Assembly (NCBI RefSeq): GCF_018977255.1
Contig: NW_024704743.1
Coordinates: 76,572,001 to 76,636,000 of the forward strand
Reading direction: 5' to 3'
DNA length: 64,000 bases
Source: Callorhinchus milii
Taxonomy: Eukaryota
Shown here: positions 61,341 through 64,000 of the stretch, in pieces
How the letters are laid out: each line of letters opens with the position of its first letter
Numbering within the stretch: the stretch's first letter is position 1
Made by a program: the position numbers and the translations under genes
Notes under the pieces: generated by a model
What the model was told of the DNA's origin: nothing
Seen by the model: the letters and a program-made list of their open reading frames with translations, nothing else
Databases searched by the model: none

Positions 61341-64000
61341 ATAGTGCCTTATCATGTCTTCAAGAGGTGCCAAAAAGCTTCAAAGAATACATTGTAAAGA
61401 GTAGTGACTTTATATTTTGTGGGCAGATTGCGGAAGCCAATTGTGACTTTTAGAATATAGGAAAGAAGAATTTTCTTTTCTACTATTGACTGGCAGCTTT
61501 TGCATGGGGAAGCAGGGACTCCTAAGTTTCTTTCCAAACACAGTCATCGTGTTTCATTGTGAGATTTAAGATATTTTGCTTCCTAGAGAACTCACCAAGG
61601 TTTTTGGAACGAACATTCAAAGACTATTTAATTCATACTCCAGAGTATTTTTGCTTTGTGCGATTTGTTTCTAACTTCATGTTACAATATTTAATTGTGG
61701 TTTGTGTGAAATTCATTTTGTTCAAATTTGCTGCACCCTGTGTTAGATTATAATACTCTTTTGACTAGAGTCTGGAATGTGGAGCCAGGGAGGGACTATG
61801 TGACAATGAGGATCATCTTGTTAGATCCCATAAAAGCCATATTAGTCACGTTTTTGTTTGTAACCAACAGTCTGCTTAATATAAGGTCCGGAAAACCTTT
61901 TGAATTGTAACATCCTTCAACTCGATTATAACCTTACAGGGGCTTTCACCTACTCATTAATCTTAATTCTAGAAAAATAATTCTGGAGAAAAAAAACTCA
62001 AAACAACAAAGTACTATGTATGTTGTCAGTATGTCACTGCCTTGAAAGCTGTTACTGTTGATATCTATAGAGATAAAGCGTGCTACATCAAGCACAAAAA
62101 GATAAGAGGCTTGTGGTTTATTTGCACTGGTAAAGAATTAAGAAGCGGTAAGTTTTCTTTCTTATGGCATGAAAGATTGCCAGATAGGCAGCAGGCAGCA
62201 GTAGGTTATTTATTAAGGATGGCTAAAGAGCTGGTATGTGATAAGTAACATGCCGGCACTCGAATTTCCATGGTAAATGCCATTAGGATATTAAACAAAG
62301 AGCATTGTTCTTCCTAATTGCTGAACTCTTAAGTAATGTTTAAACAGTGGAAATACTTTTTTTTACTTATAATGAAGCGTAGTTAGGTATAGACAGTTAA
62401 GAAATGTTAATGGTTAATTAGCATGCAACTACTTGACTGTCACTGTCAGACAGTTCCAGATGATTGCAGTTAGAATCCCATCACTTACCTTATAGTACTG
62501 TGGGGTGCAACTCTTATTCCCTGAGCCTGTTTCTCACCAACTTTTATTGTTAAATTTCAGTTGAATAAAGGGGACATTTGACGTCCAGAAGTTGGCTCTC
62601 CGCTTTTTCATTTTTATTTTTTCAAATTATTTTTTCAAATTGCTGATTTAAAAGTCCGTACAACAAACTGGAGTGGAGGAATGATTTTTTTTTAGAAATC
62701 AGGAAAAAGATTTTAACTGTAGAGATTGTTTTAAACTACAAATTAAGCAGGTTTACCTGGATTGGTTAACAATCAGGACCCATCCTTGCATTTGATATAG
62801 AGCCGTATCACATCGTTGAGATGTCTCAAAGCTCTTCCCAGCATATACTGTAAAGTGTAACGACTCTGTATTTTGTGGGTGAAACGCGGCAACCAGTTAC
62901 GCACAAACTGTCGTGGATTTAGTGATCACCTTTCTTGGAGGTGGAAGGGGAGGATGGGGGGAAAAAGCATGGCAGAAACCTTAGAATCTGCTTGCCCCCT
63001 GTTTGCACCCAGCTAACTCAGATAAGTTGCAAATCCCCCGCCCCCCAGCAGCAACCTAGGGGGCTGGGCTTTAGGCTACTATACTCCTGCAATACGGAAC
63101 TCCCACCCTCTATCCCTCTATCTCTATATCTGTCTTTCGATCCTAACTTAAACCGTGCCTATGGTTAACTCCCTCTTCTCTGTTGCTCAGTGTCTGACCT
63201 CGACATTGTAAAGCACTCTGAGATGTTATCCTATGTATCCAGCATGGAGGGCGCTATATAAATCAAAGTTGTTGTTGTTATGTGATGGGTGCAATATAAA
63301 TGCAATTGAAATGGCAATGGTGAGCATGAGGAGGAAGAGGAGCTTAAACGTGTGTGTTGTAGAGATGGTGTCCCACCAGCAGGGGTTCGAAATGTGTCCT
63401 TTTATACAGACAATAAATGTGGATAAATCAGTATTATGGTTGTTGATTTGTCTCTGTATTCAACAACAAATTATATTTGTATAGCGCCTTTCATGTCAGT
63501 TGCAAAAAATGTCATTGATACAAGTTTTTTAAAATTAAAATCCATTGTCCAATGAAAATCAGAAAAAGGAAAATAGATTTACGGTGACCCTATACTGAAA
63601 AATGTTTATTGTCACCCTAATTGCAAAATTATTTTGACTGCTTGTCACCTATGTTCAACATGCAGAAAGTGCCAACAGGAAGCTGGTTATTCAGGACTGT
63701 CGTGAGACAGTTTAGTTTTACTCTACTGATGATGTGTTGTTACAATAGTAACTCCACACTAACAGTTTGCATGGCTCCACAATACAAGTGAGGTATCAGT
63801 ACACCAAAGTGCACCATAATTGGTTTCCCCTGAATAGTTAGATGGGACCTTAGTTGAACACACTTCTGATAGTATTCATCTCGTACTCCACTGGAATGTC
63901 ATCCTAGACTATAAGCTCAAGTCCCGACGTACATATTGAAAAAACTAAACCAAGCAGAAAAGTGCCTGTAATAGGCTTTTGTGTTGGGTTTTAGTAAAAT

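Larger units (their letters stand above)
26819..64000 (+). other. BBS9: Long BBS9 intron (>37 kb, continues beyond the window)
   Basis: Starts with GTTAGT; no match found by eye for the expected next exon (VIALADAVEENQ...-like); content is repeats and non-coding DNA. Confidence 0.75.

Noticed and set aside
1..64000. CRISPR arrays, operons or other prokaryotic systems; U12-type introns
   Set aside because: The sequence is a spliced vertebrate gene with no repeat-spacer arrays; all donors are U2-type GT without the RTATCCTT signature.

Overview
Eukaryotic, AT-rich genomic DNA from a vertebrate, most likely a cartilaginous fish (inferred from the repeat repertoire). The whole window lies inside the BBS9 (PTHB1, BBSome core subunit) gene on the + strand. 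Ten internal coding exons (840-26818, including a 15-nt microexon) splice through GT-AG junctions into one open frame of 1093 nt. The remaining ~37 kb is a single long intron; I found no further BBS9 exon. Introns are packed with L2 and CR1 LINE fossils, two tRNA-derived SINE families that share an L2-like tail, Penelope-derived pieces, a pogo/Tigger fossil and a non-autonomous TIR element. Most ORFs in the supplied track are repeat fragments or noise. Best leads: (1) additional in-frame microexon candidates (21 nt and 6 nt) downstream of the 15-nt microexon; (2) a TSD-flanked Penelope-derived palindrome carrying two degenerate minimal hammerhead motifs next to an exon; (3) a TIR/TSD element carrying a microsatellite; (4) an interlocked inverted duplication; (5) candidate conserved enhancers in the long intron. 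Exon coordinates are exact; repeat boundaries are read by eye and approximate; human exon numbering is from memory.
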